DNA of 53,244 nucleotides, counting the filler, from Jimgerdemannia flammicorona (Eukaryota): NCBI GenBank assembly GCA_003990765.1. It is 3 parts of 3 records of this genome, joined end to end, with 100 filler letters (N's around TTAATTAATTAA, not from the genome) between each part and the next. Parts side by side here need not be neighbours in the genome. Positions count along the whole stretch, not along the records: positions 35,565 to 53,244 come from RBNJ01002454.1; 2 more parts are not named here. One strand, written 5' to 3'. Every line of letters begins with the position of its first letter. Within the stretch, counting starts at the first letter, position 1. A program made the translations under genes and the position numbers. Positions 50,401 through 53,244 of the stretch are shown piece by piece. The notes beneath the pieces were generated by a model that made no database searches, was not told the DNA's origin, and saw only the letters and a list, made by a program, of their open reading frames with translations.

Positions 50401-53244
50401 CTGGAGTGAGGCTAGCAAGGAGGCTGGGAAACAGAGGAGATAAAGGTGAGATGGGCTTCTAGTAGACTGTCTAGGCTCTTAGGAGATTGGGTGAAACTGG
50501 TAACATTGGAGGGGGAGGAGAATTGGAGATCCATAAGGGTGAAAAAGGAGGTTGGTGAACTACAACAGGTGCTGCGGAAGGAGGAGGAAGCGAGGGTGAA
50601 GGGCTTGGCAGCTAGGCTATATTGGCAGAGTTTAGAAGAAGGAGAGAGGTCCTCTAAGTTTCTCACAAGAGCCCTTTGGACAAAGAGAGTGCAACAAAGA
50701 TAGGAAGGGGTGCTTGACTTTGATAGTATCCTGGTCTATAGTATTCAAAACATTCTTGGATCTTTAAAGGAGCACTAGAGTGGATTGTGGAGTGAGGAGG
50801 AGGGTGGGGTAGATGCCAATGTGATTGGCTATGCATTAGAAGATTGACAACCCCCACAAGTAGATGGAATAGATGACTTGGTGTTGCCAGTCCAAGAGAA
50901 GGAGATCCACTAGGCTCTCACCATGACAATGCCAAGTATGGTATCTGGAGAAGATGGTTTGCCCTGGGATTTCTGGAAGAAGATGGTCAGGATTCCAGGA
51001 GTACTGGGTAAGATGATAGTATTGTATAATCTTATTCTACAGACAGAGAGATGGGTGGGGAAACAGGATCTGGGGTTGGTGATATTGCTCTACAAGAACA
51101 AAGGAAGGCAAGAGGACTAGAAGAACTAGAGGCCAATTATACTCTTGGACATGGACAGAAAGTTGGTTACTAAGGTAGTGGTTGCAAGACTACAAATAGT
51201 AGCATAGCAAATCTTGAACATTAAGTAGAGGGGCTTTGTAGGGGGATGGCTCATTAGGGATAGTATGGCCTGGGTACATAGAGTTATTGAAGGGGCATGA
51301 GCTTATGGTTTGGATGGGTACCTGGTCTTCTTGGACCAGGAGAAGGCTTACAACTGGGTGAGGTGAGTCTGGCTGGTGAAAGTTTTGGATAGGGCTGGAG
51401 TTCCACACCAGTTCCAGTTAGTGATGGTCAGTCTACTGGAAAGGAGTAAAACAGTACTTATGTATAATGAATATCAAGAAGTGGCTTTTCCTCTAGGTAG
51501 GGGGGTGCCCCAGGGGGACCCATTGTCTCCCATTTTGTATACCCTTTCCCTGGAACTACTACTGGATAGAATCAGGTGGAAGATAGTGGGACTCTCCATC
51601 TTTGGTATTGGGTGGAAGATAGGGATCTTTGCAGATAACATGGTGGTCAGACTGGGATCAATTGCTGATATCGAGGAGCTTAAGAAGACAGTGGAGTAGT
51701 ATGAGGAGAACTCTGGAGTAAGACTTAATTGGCATAAGTATAAAACAATGGTGTTAGGCAATAGTCTGATAGGCAGGGAGGTTATTGGAACAATCATCTC
51801 TGCTGGTGAGACAGTATAGTACTTGGGTATCTATCTATTGGTATATGGGTCAGTACTACCCAGGCTTTGGTGGGAGCAGTGGGTTGGTATCTAAAGGGAG
51901 GCCCTGCAGAGTTGGGGGGGCCATCAATTGTCCCTGGCAGGGTATATTACAATTTTGAACATCTACTGGCTGCCAAAGTTGTGGTATCTGGTATATCATC
52001 TAGACTTCCCATTCTGGGTGATGAAGTAGTTAATAAAGCTTACCAAGAGATAGATCTGAGCTGGAAGAAGGAGTCAGATAAGCTGGGAGGTCTTGTCCTT
52101 ACCAGTGGTGAGGGGTAGACTGGGACTGGTTGACTTTCTGAAGAGGCTATACTGCTTGAGGATTTGGTGGTTGAAGAGAGCCATGAAATTGAGAGGAGGT
52201 AGTTGGGTTCCCCTATTGTAGAAGGTTTGGGAGAAGCAGTCCTTGCCAAGAGGCTCAACTGACAATCTCTTATCTTTGGTTGGACTTCAGAATGCTAATT
52301 AATTGTGATATAAAGGCTTCTGGTGGGGGATAGCAGAGAGGGTACACTGTATCAAGATCCATTGGCAGGGGAATGAAGAAGAGGAGGATTGGGACCCAGT
52401 GATATGGAGATAGAACTAGGTGCTACTGGGTGGTATCCCATTACTTGAGTTTGACATTAGCTATGGAATAGACTATCAGAGGAGACTGGGCCAGAATCTG
52501 TGGCCCAGTGATTGGCAAGGTGTAGGAATTGACAAAGAGTGGAACTAGTATAGCATTTGGGCATGGAGTGCTGAGATGAGAAGATGGATGCTGCTGAAGT
52601 ACTAGGTGACTTGGTGGCACATGCTGAGGAGAAATGTCATGCTCAATTACTGCTCAGATCATCTTATTGAGGGGGGTTGTTTTGACTGCAAGGAGTGCTA
52701 TAATGTAGGACAGAAAGGGGGTTATATACAGATATCTGAACATTGGCTAGGGGAGTGTGAGATACTTAGTGACTTTTGGCAGACTGTTGGGGATCATTTG
52801 AGAGTAAGAGGCAGGGGAACTGGTATGTGGGGGCAGTAGGAGAATTTGAGAGACAGACTAGTGGGGGGGGGGTGAGAAAGGAATGGCTTATACTAGGCTA
52901 GTCTCTGGCCATTTGGGTTGGATTGGCCAGCTACTGATTATTTGTTATCAAGAATGGGAGGAGACTGAGCTTAGAGGTCTGACTGTGGTAATGGTATAGC
53001 CTTATGGAGGACACCTTGATGGACTGGTGGCTCAGTTGGGGGATACAGGGGGGCCAGAGGCATCATCTGGTGGAGAAATTTGTAGGCAGAGTAGGGGAAG
53101 AGTAGGAGTGGTGGGGGAGAAGGTAGTCTTTGCTTAGATTGGGGTAGAAAGAGGTCCTTCTATAGGAATTGAGTAGTGGGAGGAAGACTGTATATTTAAC
53201 AATAGACTAATAATAAATAGCAGAGTCTAAGTAACTATAAAAAA

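Larger units (their letters stand above)
40875..53244 (+). mobile_element. Full-length L1/Tx1-clade LINE, copy 2 (divergent subfamily), ORF1 interrupted by hAT copy B
   Basis: 5' CATTCA start shared with copy 1. ORF1 LEKNPDV resumes after 47851. ORF2 ATG at 49523 (MNSTTNIFSINVNGL), then SDH, GEDGLPWDFWK, FLDQEKAY, GVPQGDPLSP, IFADN and CKEC..SEHWLGEC, with an A-rich end at 53244. Confidence 0.92.

Overview
Eukaryotic, probably fungal, DNA. The gene style and TE repertoire suggest an early-diverging fungus such as Mucoromycota, but that is inference only. The window is three contigs (17,683, 17,681 and 17,680 bp) joined by artificial N44-TTAATTAATTAA-N44 spacers, so adjacency across the spacers is not biological. 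There are two host genes, both CpG-rich, intron-containing and on the minus strand: a 7-exon class I SAM methyltransferase (463-2115) and a 5-exon GPALPP1/DUF3752 gene (16172-17479). Nearly everything else is nested transposons riddled with C>T/G>A transitions: Ty3/Gypsy LTR elements, L1/Tx1-like LINEs, hAT DNA transposons and MITEs. The main finding is a complete 6.5-kb hAT element (41326-47843, TIRs and 8-bp TSD) carrying a second spliced gene convergent with its intron-rich transposase. That gene encodes a TET/JBP-like Fe(II) dioxygenase (HxD-x49-H) with Asp where the 2-oxoglutarate-binding Arg is expected. An older copy of the element carries the same passenger. Other findings are a Gypsy element with a five-motif dUTPase, a 1.5-kb LTR containing its own ~277-codon ORF, and RIP-like cytosine hypermutation that extends beyond CpG.
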